Source: Enoplolaimus lenunculus (lineage: Eukaryota). From it: a DNA stretch of 64,000 nucleotides. The stretch's first letter is position 1; every line of letters starts with the position of its first letter. The position numbers and the translations under genes are program-made. The notes under the pieces were generated by a model, which saw only the letters and a list, made by a program, of their open reading frames with translations, ran no database searches and was not told the origin of the DNA. Positions 1-12,900 of the stretch are shown here, one piece after another. The stretch covers positions 372,001 through 436,000 of the forward strand of contig JASANG010003494.1 of the NCBI GenBank assembly GCA_030248215.1, read 5' to 3'.

Positions 1-1558
1 GCTGGCTACCAAGTATATCAACGATTGTTCGGTTCAGTTCATCAGTTGCAACGTCAACCAGTACCGATTTGGTATATTTGACATTCGACGGCATTCCGCA
101 AACATTTGGTGACAAAAGTAGCACAGCGCAGTTCGCAATATATTTTTGAAAAAATTCAAATTTATCCAAAATCATTTTGTGTCGTTCGGATCCGCTTAAC
201 TCATCAAAAGTGTTTGTTAAATTTTTTAACGATTCCACTGACGCCGATAATTCAGTGATAAAGCTAATATGAATGCTAGCAACACCTGAACACACTGTTA
301 GCGTATGCAGGTCTGTCCAAAGCCAATGGCGATGATTTTGCAAACCAAACGTATGCAAAAATGTATCGCGACGGTATAAATATCGACCATTCGCACTGGC
401 TTGGTCAACGCTAATTTCCGGGGCTAACAGCTGGCACCAAGCTAACGCCAGCCAGTTCGATACTTTAGGCAAGTCATTTCTCGCTCTGCGCCCACCCACC
501 GATAGGCTCTGAGAAGCTGTTGCCACACTGTCTCTGGACGCAGCAGTAACCCCCCTTGAATCTAACGCATACAGCTTGGGGCAAAACAAAGCATCGCAAT
601 ATTCTCCGTCAAAAATTCGCTTCAAAGCAATTACTAAATTTTCCAACGCACCCTCGTAACGTTTGCTGCTACACTGTTCTTCAATGTCAGAACCATTATC
701 ATCAGTGTCCCCAACAGGGTTGGATCCCCTGACCTTCACCAAACACAGTGTTACCTCGCCAATAAGCCGTTTCAGCGTCTTCCCAACTGCGCCACGATCG
801 ACATCAGCGAGATGCAGTTGCAACATTACACGGTCAACGGTACCGCCACTGATTGGTCGACGCTTAACCAATATCCAGCTATGATTGGTCAACGGCAACA
901 TGTTGGGAGGCTCCACGACATGCGGTTGCGCATTAAAATAAATTGAATTACGGCTTTCCGTGGACAATATAACACATAATCGAGTCATATCGAAAACAAA
1001 ATGGCCAAATCTCGACTTCAACTTCAATTTCAACTGAACCAGACCTGGATCGACATTGATCAACTCCACGAATGGAGACTCGTTCAAACTTTTAGACACA
1101 GCCGCATCACTACGCACCGCAATTTTACCACTCATCAAATGATTATACAACGCAAACGATAGCTTCGTATTCCGAACACACTCACGCTCCATGCAATATA
1201 TATTCAATTTGCTGTTCGCTGGCAAACTGTTATGATACATGCGTATATTGTTCAAAATTGATCTTACCTCATTTGTGGAGTCGGTGTGGAATACAATCGT
1301 CGTCCAAGTATACTGCAATCGCCAATTTTGACTCGATTCCAAATTAAATCTATTCGATTCAATTCCAACGACCGCAGCGTCATCATAACTTCCACTGGAA
1401 GCGAATGCTACTCTTCGTCGAGTTAAACATACCACAGCAACTGTCAACAACATCGCAACCGTAAGCGCGACTAGCAATTTGCATTTTTTCAACGATTCTT
1501 TGATTCGTTCCAACTGGCGTTTCACTGCACGTCGTGTTGGAGACCCTGACACATACGA
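1..1558 (-). CDS. Large uninterrupted coding frame (519 codons, runs off the left edge); predicted type-II membrane protein with a possible divergent polysaccharide pyruvyltransferase-like luminal domain
   Basis: Manual translation shows no stop from 1558 to 2 (upstream in-frame TGA at 1561-1559): ...VKRQLERIKESLKKCKLLVALTVAMLLTVAVVCLTRRR...IYCMEREC...LCVILSTESRNSIYFNAQPHVVEPPNML...HWLWTDLHTLTVCSGVASIHISFITE... There is one hydrophobic helix flanked by basic residues. The first ATG (1453) lies inside that helix, so this is probably an internal exon. Coding status is well supported by length; the function is inference. Confidence 0.8.
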
Positions 1559-3009
1559 TCACAGCGTAATATCAGAGCTAGAAATGGGTCACAATGTGCG
1601 ACCAATGACCCACTATGACCCCTGAGTAAATTTTTAAAGTTTAAATTGGCCAAATTTTTGAAAAGTCTAAAAAGACACTTTCCCCAACAATTTACACGCA
1701 TATTTGCTGAAACTAGCAAACGAGTTGTTAGGACAAAAATGTTCTGATAATTCTATTCGTTCGTACACTATAGAGCATACATAGATTAAAGGGACTCTGA
1801 GGACAGAAACAATACCCTTAAAAGCAGCATTCAAAATACTCAACGCTTTGTAAAAGTTGAAAACGCGTCTATTTTGCCAATTTTAAAAAAATTGGTAAGC
1901 TACGTTAACAAAACTTCTCGACATGTCCTTATAACTCAGCATCAGCATCATCATATTGAACGTTGCTGCACCGGCTTGGCCAAAACTGGGAAAGCACCTA
2001 CATCACATCCCTGTGCTTACGACTACATTAATTAAAAGTTTCATTACCTATGGCCCATATAAATATCAGAGGCGGAACACTTTTCTGTGGGACTGTAATT
2101 GAGTAAGCTTAAGCTTAGACTTAGAAATATGCTCATTCTTACGCTTAGGCTTAAGAATAAGCTTGAGTAAGCTTAAGTTTATGCTCATTCTTACGCTTAG
2201 GCTTAAGAATAAGCTTATACTTCTGTCACGGCTTGTTCTATACAGTGGCTTTACCTCTCAATACATTTCGAAAATTTGTGACACAATTCGAGCAGGTGTT
2301 GGTTTAAGTGTCGTAAATTTTCACTTGACAAATTGTGCACAACATCACTTAAACTTAATTCTTTTTTACAACATCGAATAGTAACTGAAACTAAAACCAC
2401 GGCCACCCTATAATCGAAATGACACAAAGTTTGTTTGAATGACATTTAACAACTCAATCTGACGGTAACAATTTGTTTCAGTCAACCGAAATTAAACCGA
2501 CTCGTTCTAGTATTTTATAATAAAAACAAGCAGGCGACAAGAAAGTGAAACTAAACCACGTACAGGTCTCACCACGGTAGTATTTTTTACGATATGTAAC
2601 AAGTTATATACACAGCAGGATTTAACCAGAATTCCTGTTCCGGCCGGAATTCCTGCAAAAATTCAATTGCTGTTCCTGTTCCTGCATTCAAAGACGCAGG
2701 AAGCGGAATTTTTACGGTTTTGTGGCAAATTATTCGTAATCATTTATATATTGGAAACTTTGTCTTTAAAAAATGTTTTGTCTAAATTATTGTTTCTGTA
2801 CCTAGTTTAATTTTGTTACTAAATTGTTTCTGATGTGTTTTCGAAAAAACTTAATGATGACATAGCTGAAAATTCGCTTTAGTCATTTTTGGCAAGTTTT
2901 CTGTAAAGTTAAACAGTAATTCGGTGATGAAAACTATTTCAAATTCCGGTTCCTGTTCCTGTTCCGACAAAATTTAGTTCCTATTGAAACCGTGATATAC
3001 AGTTATTTC

Positions 3010-4527
3010 TCAAGCTAAATAAAATATGTAACTCGTCAAAAGTGTCAAATTTTTAACCCACGGCCCGTTGACCCATTGCCAACTCTGCGTAGTTGTTGAA
3101 GTCCACAAAACAGCATCAGATCTTGCGCACGCCAAATAGCACAAACATCCCACTGTAAGTACTGCAACTCCACAAATGAAAACGCCACGCTGTCTGGCTG
3201 TCCACAGAGGTGATAGCCGTGTCAAAAAGTATGGGACAGTTTCTGTCGTTGCTAATTTTGACAGCAATTCAATGGATAGAAACACAAAACAATAACCTAC
3301 GCTGGTTCGAATCAAGTCAACATACGCGTGTGTTAGAAGCGGCCACGGAGTGAAACTTAAAAATTTCACTGAACACAACGTTGCAACACAACCAAACATA
3401 CTCATAACCATTAATGACGCAGTGTTATAGTGCTGTAACAAATTACTATTGTCAAACGAAGGGTGCTGATCATAATAATAATCTTCTAACGAATCAACGT
3501 TTTGAAAGTCTCCTTCCGATGCCTGATAGTGGCCAGCATACTCATTGGTGATTGGATAATTGCCTAATGGAGTTGTTGGCATCTCGAAATGATTGACCAA
3601 TGATGACGCGATAACAGGAGAGCTAGAATATAGGCTTGTAAAATGCATTGCAATAGTTAACATTGCTGCAACGGTTACCGATACCACGAAACAACTTTGT
3701 TCTGGTGTCCATTTTACAAATAGTAACTTCAAGTTTACATTTCGTACCACCGACGCCACAACGTACACAGCGTGCAGAATAAGGCTTATGCGTGAAGTGT
3801 GCAAATACACGCTTGTTACACAGCTTGCTCCCAAACACGCCACTGCACTTGCAATCCAAAATTTAGACAACGCTCGTTTGTTGTCGTCTCTAGTCCGCCC
3901 AGTAGGTGAACATATATCTGGCGAAACAAACCATTGACTATTACAACAAATCGACACTAACACTAAGACCAGTATCGGGCCAAATTGTACATTTAGGCTT
4001 GAATGGACGTCTGGCAACGAAATTTGATCCACAGCCACCATCACAACTCCGCATAAAATTGCAATAAACTCGCAAACAATTGCCGCAACTAAATTTGTCA
4101 CCAACGATCGCGTCAGTAGTGTATAAGTACGTTTTTGAGCAATACTAGCAGCCAATGTGGTAAGTAGAACAGCCAGTTCAAAGCATAGTGCAATTTGAAA
4201 TATTGGCGTTTGTTTCAGCAGCAGTTGAATTAAATCTGGTAAGACCGATATTTTGTTCAATTCCGGCGGATAAGGACGTACTGGTGGCGACAGTAGACTG
4301 CTGTAGGCGACAAATATTGTTGCGATAGCGTCTGAGCTTAACCATAGCACCGATAAAACCACAGGATGTAGCATACAATTTGATTGTAACGTACGGCAAC
4401 TATAAGCTATACAGGATGTCGGCAACCGTAAGCCGAGCTTAAATCCTGGACATAAAGTTTTGAGATATTTAGAATGTATCATTGTTGAACAATAAACTGT
4501 AAATTTTAAGTCAGCATTAGCGATCAA
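3010..4527 (-). CDS. Multi-pass membrane protein, divergent triose-phosphate-transporter / SLC35E-like (DMT superfamily)
   Basis: 505-codon ORF with about 9-10 hydrophobic segments. Motifs recall SLC35E1: VLWLSS (LWYALS), GPILVLVLVSI (MPIWVVLLSRI), ASVVRNVNLKLL (FSLQNIFSKKVL), PLLTHAYVDLIR (PLSYSVANATKR), GVAVLTVGCLCY (GMMTAILGVFLY). Acceptor-like ttttag/cag at ~4535; ATGs at 4482 and 4374. The 3' end may splice before the 3010 stop. Confidence 0.7.
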   Translation of the reverse strand: MIANADLKFTVYCSTMIHSKYLKTLCPGFKLGLRLPTSCIAYSCRTLQSNCMLHPVVLSVLWLSSDAIATIFVAYSSLLSPPVRPYPPELNKISVLPDLIQLLLKQTPIFQIALCFELAVLLTTLAASIAQKRTYTLLTRSLVTNLVAAIVCEFIAILCGVVMVAVDQISLPDVHSSLNVQFGPILVLVLVSICCNSQWFVSPDICSPTGRTRDDNKRALSKFWIASAVACLGASCVTSVYLHTSRISLILHAVYVVASVVRNVNLKLLFVKWTPEQSCFVVSVTVAAMLTIAMHFTSLYSSSPVIASSLVNHFEMPTTPLGNYPITNEYAGHYQASEGDFQNVDSLEDYYYDQHPSFDNSNLLQHYNTASLMVMSMFGCVATLCSVKFLSFTPWPLLTHAYVDLIRTSVGYCFVFLSIELLSKLATTETVPYFLTRLSPLWTARQRGVFICGVAVLTVGCLCYLACARSDAVLWTSTTTQSWQWVNGPWVKNLTLLTSYIFYLA

Positions 4528-6903
4528 TGCCTGCTAAAATACACTAAAAATATGCCGTATTTACACAGGTGCACCTAAAAGCTGCGTAAACACCGGTACC
4601 CTAGAAAAAAACTATATTGCAGCCACGAAATTGATTTGCTCTCGGTTAAGCAATCACTTGTAATTTTAAGAGCGATGAATAAACACAAATAAGTCGACTT
4701 TATTTCATAAACACTAACGTGTTTACTTAACGATTCGATAGCAATTTCTTTAGCACCAGAGTGCAACCGGAATTCCGGTTCCGGTAGGAAAATCTGGTAT
4801 TTTCGCTATCCGGTTTTAAGACAAATCAGCATATTAACCAAACTTATTTTTCTAAAATCTGAGTGTTTTACCAATATTTTCAATTTTTGTCATATTCGAC
4901 AATATATCACACGTTTCCCAGCTACTGCACTTCATGATTTTGCTAGTCTAGATGGTGTGTTTACACATAGGATTTCAATAAAATACCTTTGAAAATGAAT
5001 TTTAGATAAGTGTTTTCTGTTTTCCAGTTCCGGTTTTCTTTCCGATTTCGGTAGTTTGTAATTCCGGTTGCACCTTGTTCAACAAGGAACACTCACGGCA
5101 TAGGTTTCGGAAACGGCATGTTATCAAAATAACGGAATTATATATCTATAACGGAATCGAACACCGATTTTTACCGAAAATAACCCCGTAAATATCTATT
5201 ATAAATACATCCCTGAAACTTTAGACGTTTTTGTTTAGATTACGTTATCCTTAAGCCTAAAGTTCAGCAAAATGTTCATGCTTACTACCAATATCTATAC
5301 ATTAGCCGTGATTTTTATGTTTTATAGATTCACTATCAATTTCGGTTAGTTATATGATCCATAAGTTTAACATCTCACACCGTTGAGTTTTTAACACTGA
5401 ACGACCCCAATTATACTATTCTGTCAGTTGCAATATTCACCTGGCTCATGTTAAAAATGATATCCGGCAAGTTAAAATACCGAAGCCGGATGTCGATTTT
5501 TTTGCCGGAGCCGGATATCCGGTTGCACTCTGGTACATATATCCTCACATCCCCTTCGCTTGAGTTTTAAAAATTTCGAAAAGCCGCTAAGGCGCCGCAT
5601 GCGCCGTTACCAATCACCAGAGCACTCCTGGTTCAATTCAGCGCATTGCACATATTAAGACGTTTCTGTACAAAACACCCAATTGACAATATTACATTTT
5701 ACTGAATAATTATCAAGCCGAAATTAAACAAGAAACTGGCTGCATCAAAAAATATAACCAAGCTCAAGCCTTATAGTAGAAATCGAAATCTAAACAAACG
5801 CCTACTTTATCGAAGTCATATGACAAACGGTAAGCCCTTAAAAGTAACATGAGATTCGTCATCGCTAACATGGCTAAGTACATCCGTCCGATATACAATA
5901 TAAACCGGAACACTTTTGAAATATTTTGAACATCTTAACGTTTTACAAAATAGCTGGCTTCTCCACAGAATGAAGGCGGGGGGCCCAGCACTTTTCGAAA
6001 TTTTCATTCCATTTTGCCGCCCCCCGGCCAATTTTTGGCCGCCCCTCAGCAATTTTTTTGCTGGGGGCCCCCAGGACTTTTCTAGGCCAAAAATTTTCAA
6101 TGTTAAAACGTAAAGACCTGGACTTCTTTTGAGGCGGACATTCGGCAAAATATGATTTTATTTTACGCTGAATACTCATAATTTTTAATCGCGTTACAAT
6201 TACCCGTAGTAACTAAACAAGCACAATTATATAAAGACCGTTTCAGGGCATACAGCATTCGAAAGTACCTTGCAGCAGCAAGTTCAACCCGCATGAGCCT
6301 TATGATAAACTGAAGCTGTGACTAATATATAAAATATATATTAATCACAGTTTCAATTATAGATATTGTGCTTCTTTCAATTTCTGGTTAAGTTGTCAGT
6401 AATATATTAGTTAAAATTATTATTAGCGTTTGCGGGGAATTTTTGTCATGTTGAGCGATAAGTAATCTTCAGTTGAGTTGGAAACACGGTCTGTAATGAA
6501 AAAATGATACAAAAAGTCGGTTTGCAAAATTTTAAGCCTGCCCCCAGGACTCCCCAGATCATCTGGGGGCTCCCCAGGAAAACAGCCCCCCAGAAAACTC
6601 CTAGGGGGTCCCCAGGAAACGCCCCCCGACGGAAATTTTCAAGCTGTGGAGAATCCAGAATAGAATGCATGAAATGTAATTCAAAACACAAGTTACACAA
6701 GTCCCAGACCGGATTCAAATATTTTTCAAAAGACCTCCTTTATGTTATGCCTGCCATGTTCAATGATTTAAGTTCAATCATTTAGACAAGACTTGAGTAT
6801 GCTACTATGAACACAGCTAACATAAACTCTGATCGAGAAGTCAAATTTTGCACTGAATTTGAAATTAGGGTAATTGACGTTTTTTTGCCACTCACCAGCA
6901 CGC

Positions 6904-9900
6904 TTATGCTTTAAAATAACACCGATCAGTATGAAATAACGGAACCAAATAAGGCAAAACATTGACTCGTATACTTCTATTTTTCAGCTCAATCGGAGTT
7001 CCATCGATTTCAATTGTATCCCAAACACTCTGAAATATTTCTCGTTTATAAAAACCAAGTCATGGCGGTATATATGTATATATGTTTGTGTGCCGTCGTG
7101 AATAGCTAGTGATCTTAGTGTTGTCAACAAATACTAGTACAACAACACACACTGAACTAAATTAATAGTACTCCACCGAAAATATCTTCAGTATATATCC
7201 TCCAATCATATTTCGTTAACTTGCGACTTTCCGCTAATTTTTAACCTGCTTTAATTAATTACTGACGTTTGGGACAAATTAACTGTCAACTGAGACAAAA
7301 GATGTTTAGATACGATGTAATGTTTGGTCGCAGATTATCTCACTTAAATCAAATTTTTTGCAGTAATGTTAAAACAATGTTAATATAATAATGTACATTA
7401 AACAATAGTATCAATACACAATGACAACTTGTTGACTTAACTTCAGCTAGGTGATATCGATACTATGCTTGTACAATTAGCAAAAGGTCAGCCCTAATTC
7501 ATTGACTGCGTTTACCTGTCTTTGATTTCCTGACAAACTACTAGCATTATTCGCCTGAGCCATCAAAGGAACGATTGTTAATTCTTTGGCTTGTAGTTGT
7601 TGCGTCTCACTGTTCTGAGCTATTTGACCCGGTTCAGTTTCCGATTGGCGGCCTTCGTTATTAATCAGTACGTCAAGACCATCAGTAACCGCAGGACGTT
7701 TCCATCTGAGGAAAGATAAAAATGCAATATTCACTAACACACAATCTAAGATTCGTTCTATAATGATTAATCTAAATGTCAATCGGTTAAATTTTAGCAA
7801 AATATAAAATGATATACCATTACAGAGTAATAACATAACTACTTCGTAATAATTTCAACAAGAACAGTTTATCTACAAGATACCGTCAACTTTTACGCTA
7901 CCACAAAAATCGCACTACTGGATACCAATAAAATCAGCCGTAGGGTGTCGCTATACTTATCGTGCGGCGCCGTCCGTCACCATACGGTATAGTACGCAAG
8001 TAATTCAAGTGAGATAGCTTACGGTGACGGACAGTGCGGGGGAGATTAAAAAATTTTACAAAGTATTGCGAAATCATTAAGCAGTTGACCACACGGCGCA
8101 AAAAATGCAAGCCAACAGCGTATCCAACATTTCAATAAACATACCCATTAATGATGAAACTAAAGCGACCAATATCACGTGGTCCATAGGTTACTTTGAT
8201 GCTTCCGTAGTCCTAAAAATAAGCGAAAGATTTCATTGATAGACTGTCCAAATGTCATTGCCTTAGTAAATTTCACGCTAACATTCACCCATTGCAATAA
8301 AATCAATATTGTTGATACAGTAAAAATATCGCTATACCGATATGCCGTCGAGTTTACATCCAGTTCCGATAGAAAATTTTCTGTCTAGCTTAAGAATGTA
8401 ATTAGTTCCGGTAACACAGATCGTAATATTTGTAAACTTACCTAAATATACAGGATATTACAAAATATTACAACTACTTATTAACACTGCAACAACCATG
8501 ACCATATTCAACCCAGCACAATAAACTCAAACGCAGTAACAACCGAAATTGCTCACTTTCGAAATTTCGTTTTCAGCAACAAAATCAACTGTTTCAATAC
8601 AGAAATTGTGTCGACGATTACATGACTCGTTGATAATATGACTGAAGTCTTGCGAAGTGTCTACAAACTTGAGCTATTTTCAAAACTCTGAGAAAGCATT
8701 TACGTAACCAGTACTAATCTGATTTAAAGAAGTACGTTATCATTGTGTTTCACACTGTGTGCACCGCATAACTAATAATCATCAACATCACTAATAAATT
8801 TTTAAGCTAAATTTTGGAAATCTCGACAAAAATACAATGACTGCCTTTTAGCCAGTTTGCTATAAATTAATAATGGCTATTTTTCTAAAACCTTTGTTTT
8901 TGAGTACAATTGTAAACATAGATACTTGTTAAACAACTTCTCAATCAATTGTTCATTTCTAAAACCTTACTTAAGCAAAGTGTAGCTCACCTTCTATCGT
9001 GCGCGGTTTGCCAAGAAGCATATGCCACCATCTCCATTCAACTGGTTTAGGAATCCGTTTCTGCTTGCATTTTGAACAGCCAGAACATGGTTCGGTATAA
9101 TTGAGTTCAATTTGTCCGCGTTCTGGGCGGCGCTGAAAATACAAAATTACATAAATATCACTAAATTGAGATAACATTTTCACGACTATTAGTAAGCCTT
9201 TATTCTCAATAAACTTTCCAGAAAATTTCTAATCCTTCCAAAAAGAACGCCTTATAGTTCGTAAATATAATTCTAACATAAATGCAACTAATATGTGACA
9301 TACGATATGGCAGGGTTCAACCGGAATTGCTGTTCCGGCCGGAATTCTTGCAAAAATTCAATTCCTATTCCTGTTTCTGTTCCTGTTCCTGCATTGAAAG
9401 ATGCAAGAACCGGAATTTTACGGTTTCGTGGCAAACTATTCGCAAACATTTAAATATTGGAAACTTTGTCTTTAAAAAATGTTTTGTCAAAATAAGTGTT
9501 TCTGTACCTTAGTGATTTCAAAAAACTTAATGATGAAATAGCTAAAAATTCTCTTGAACCATTTTTGGCAAGTTTTCTAAAATGTCAAACAGTAATTCGG
9601 TGAAACTTCTCTTGAGCCATTTTTGGCAAGTTTTCTAAAAAGTCAAACAGTAATTCGGTGATGAAAACTATTTCCGATTCCGGTTCCTGTTTCGGTTCCT
9701 GCATAAAAATTCAATTCCTGTTCCTGTTCCGGCAAAACTTAGTTCCTGTTGGAACCTTGCTATGTGGTCGCAGAAAGTTTAGAAGCACAGTAAGCCGATA
9801 AAAGTACATAAGAACTTACCTTTATGGCGTTCCAAAAATACGCAAATTTACGCTTCAATCCAGCCCAATACCAGTACTTCAAAACCTTCGATTCTGTATC

Positions 9901-12900
9901 ACAGTATGGACCCCAATGCAGCTGAGAAAGCGCATACTGTATAGGTTCTCCGTCAATCTGAAATGCACGGATAAAACAGTAAGCTTGTTCAGTCTTGTTG
10001 ATGAAACAGTAAGCTCGTTCAATCACGTTGATAATACAGCCTTATTTCAATTTTTGGCTCCACCGCCACAACCTCTAAAAATAATAAAAACTAGAAAAGT
10101 CCCGCCCCGGGCCAGGATTTCACCAAGGGCCAGAGCCCGTGCCCCGGTGCCAGTACCGGAGCCAGGACTCGGAATTTAACCAAAAACGTGATTTTTAATC
10201 TTCCTTTTGATTCTTTAGTACAAACAAAACTTTGATAATTCGGTCATACACGTATTCAGTTTTTTCACAATGATACAGAGCCTTGCAATATAACGATATA
10301 CACGATTTAACAGCAATTAAGCAACGTACTTGTATCTTCAATACTGGAACATATTTAGAGGTATTGTTAATCACAGCCATCATACTTTCACAATAGGACC
10401 TGTACAAATAATAAAAACTATAATTCACTCATACTACTTTTCAGCATATAACCTAATTAGAAAAGTTTCGCAATAATAATTGTATAAAACGACTGCAAGC
10501 AAGTCAGCAAGCTTACTTAATGTCGCTTTCACCATTTTCAAACAATCTTTTGTTCGATAAATTGCGTTGGCCACCAGGAAACATTCCAATTGGAAGAATC
10601 TGCAACACATAATTAAACAAGAAACAGCATAAGATACCCGTATCACAGCAACAGAATTATTGCTCTGGTCGGTCAAACGACTGGTGAAATTTCAAACAAC
10701 TCAGGCAACGCTAAGTAAATATGATCAGCAACCAAATCCTAATTTTAGCTTTCCGTTTAAGATTATGTACCAAAAGCGTGAATTCTCTTTATTAAAGCAT
10801 GTAAAAATGAAAGCATTCAAACATACTGGGCACTTTTTCAGCTTTATTTTATATAATTTGGTGAATCAAAATCAATCGAAATATTATAGATGTAAACATA
10901 CCTTGGTCCACCGTTTCACTCCTTGTCTTGACGTACTCGGTTCTTCTACCGAATGCTCCAGTATTCCGGTAAGCGCCTTTAAAACACAAGTAATACATAT
11001 AATACATGATGAAAAATGTCACGCAACGCTTTTTACTGTCAAAGAAATTACCAAAATACTCACTTTTTCTTCAGTTGTCTTTCCAGTTACTTATTTAGGC
11101 AATAGTATTGCCCCGGAGGTAGAATTGTGATTGGGCCAGTGCCGGGACCGGTACCAACCGCGCCAATCAAGATTAAAATTAAATTGTCTTATGAAACGTT
11201 TTTGTCGAAAAACGTTGAGTGGAAACAATATATTGTAACTTAAAAGTGAATTTTGCAATGACGGAACCACCACATTTTTAATCAACTATTCAAGACGCAT
11301 CAACTCGAGTGAAGATTGCTTTTAACAATTATGCCCCGGCTCCAAAGATTTCAGATGTCAATCCCCTTTGGAATTTTCGTACTAAGCTTTCGAGACTATT
11401 TCAATTGGCAAGATAACAAACCCCAAATACCCAATTTTAGCACCAATCGATGACAACTGGTACACACCGTTAGTTTGATACCACTGACTCTGACCCAAAC
11501 GCGAAATGGTGCGTAACCTTCTACTTACCAGCGCAACAGATCCATCACCTCCGACAACAACAATGCTGTCCGCTTCAGTTTCATCGACCAAGGAAACAAT
11601 TTCTTTGAACTGATCTACGCTTTCAGGCTGAAAACATAGCCCGACCTAATTACCCTATACCCATGAGGGCCGTTACACCACGAGCTGTAATTCGGTAACA
11701 CACAACAAAATGTTTACAAAACCAATTATCCATTCGTAACTCCTATGGCAATTGAAAATTTCAATTATATCTACTAAAATGTTATACCTAGTAAACGCAA
11801 TTGCGCAGTCTACAAAACAAACATTTCATTCTTAACCAAAATTGGCGTGTTTTTTATGGAAAGACGGAGTTTAAATATGGTTTTCTAGTGCAAATTAGTC
11901 AATTTTTCTTATTAAAAATTCAACTGCCGATTATACAGTACACACTCAAATCGCGACAAACATTAGAACGAAACTTGTAACAAAACACTGGTATGTGACA
12001 GTTTAAACCTACTTTAATGACATCAACGTCAAGCCCAGCCAGAGTAAGAATGGGCATCCCATATTTTTCGAACAATGCTGCAGCAGCGCTAAAACAATGC
12101 TTTTAAATACAGATTGTTCTAAAAATGACTCTTTCCTATAAATTCAGGATATTGTATGTCTAATTTCGCAAAAAAACAGAGCTTACTGGAAGCCTTCAGC
12201 AGAAGCTTGTGCCAAAACCCAAGCTAGCATAGCATTTTCTATTAAACTCCAACTTCCAACTAGCATTAAATATTGCCTCATACCTTCTGCAAATTAATTA
12301 ACTCTTATTTAAATATTTTGCAACTAAAAATCCCATGCCTGAAAATAATGTTGATAACGCTACCGCTACAATCAAAACTAACCCGTCTTTGGCCAACGGA
12401 TTCACTATGGCGGTCACGCGTCGATGTTTAAACGATACAGGAGCAGCTTCATCACCGTATGCCTGCAGTTAAATATATTTAAAAGTTAGAGCTGCTACAT
12501 TTAAGAACAAATGCCCGAACCGCGATCCGTATTTGTTACACGCAAAAACCGGAGCCAATTGGAATGAAGCCCTGCTGAACAAAACACAGTTACACACTGT
12601 CAAGCATGCGTATATCGATAAATAATACAGGGTTCGTCAACAGTGCTGCTTTCAACACAGGTACTATATATAACAAGAAGCGTAACCAGTAGGGTAATAG
12701 CGGGTATAACCAAAAAATTTTCTGAAATCTTAAAAAGGTATGGGTTCCTTCTTGATCAAAATTTCTCAAATAAAAAATTTACTATGATTATGTTCGAAAC
12801 TACAAAAATATACAATAGCAGATCCCCCAATTTGTTCTGGCTACGAGAGTGTATATATAACCCCGTAATTGAATGACTTAAGTAAATCAATTTATATTAG

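Noticed and set aside
1522..1558. Programmed -1 frameshift linking the overlapping frames
   Set aside because: No X XXY YYZ slippery heptamer in the overlap.
7477..7515. ORF-track end of AGK at 7477
   Set aside because: A donor CAG|GTAAAC at 7515 and an AGK-homologous terminal exon at 6904-7029 explain the C-terminus better.
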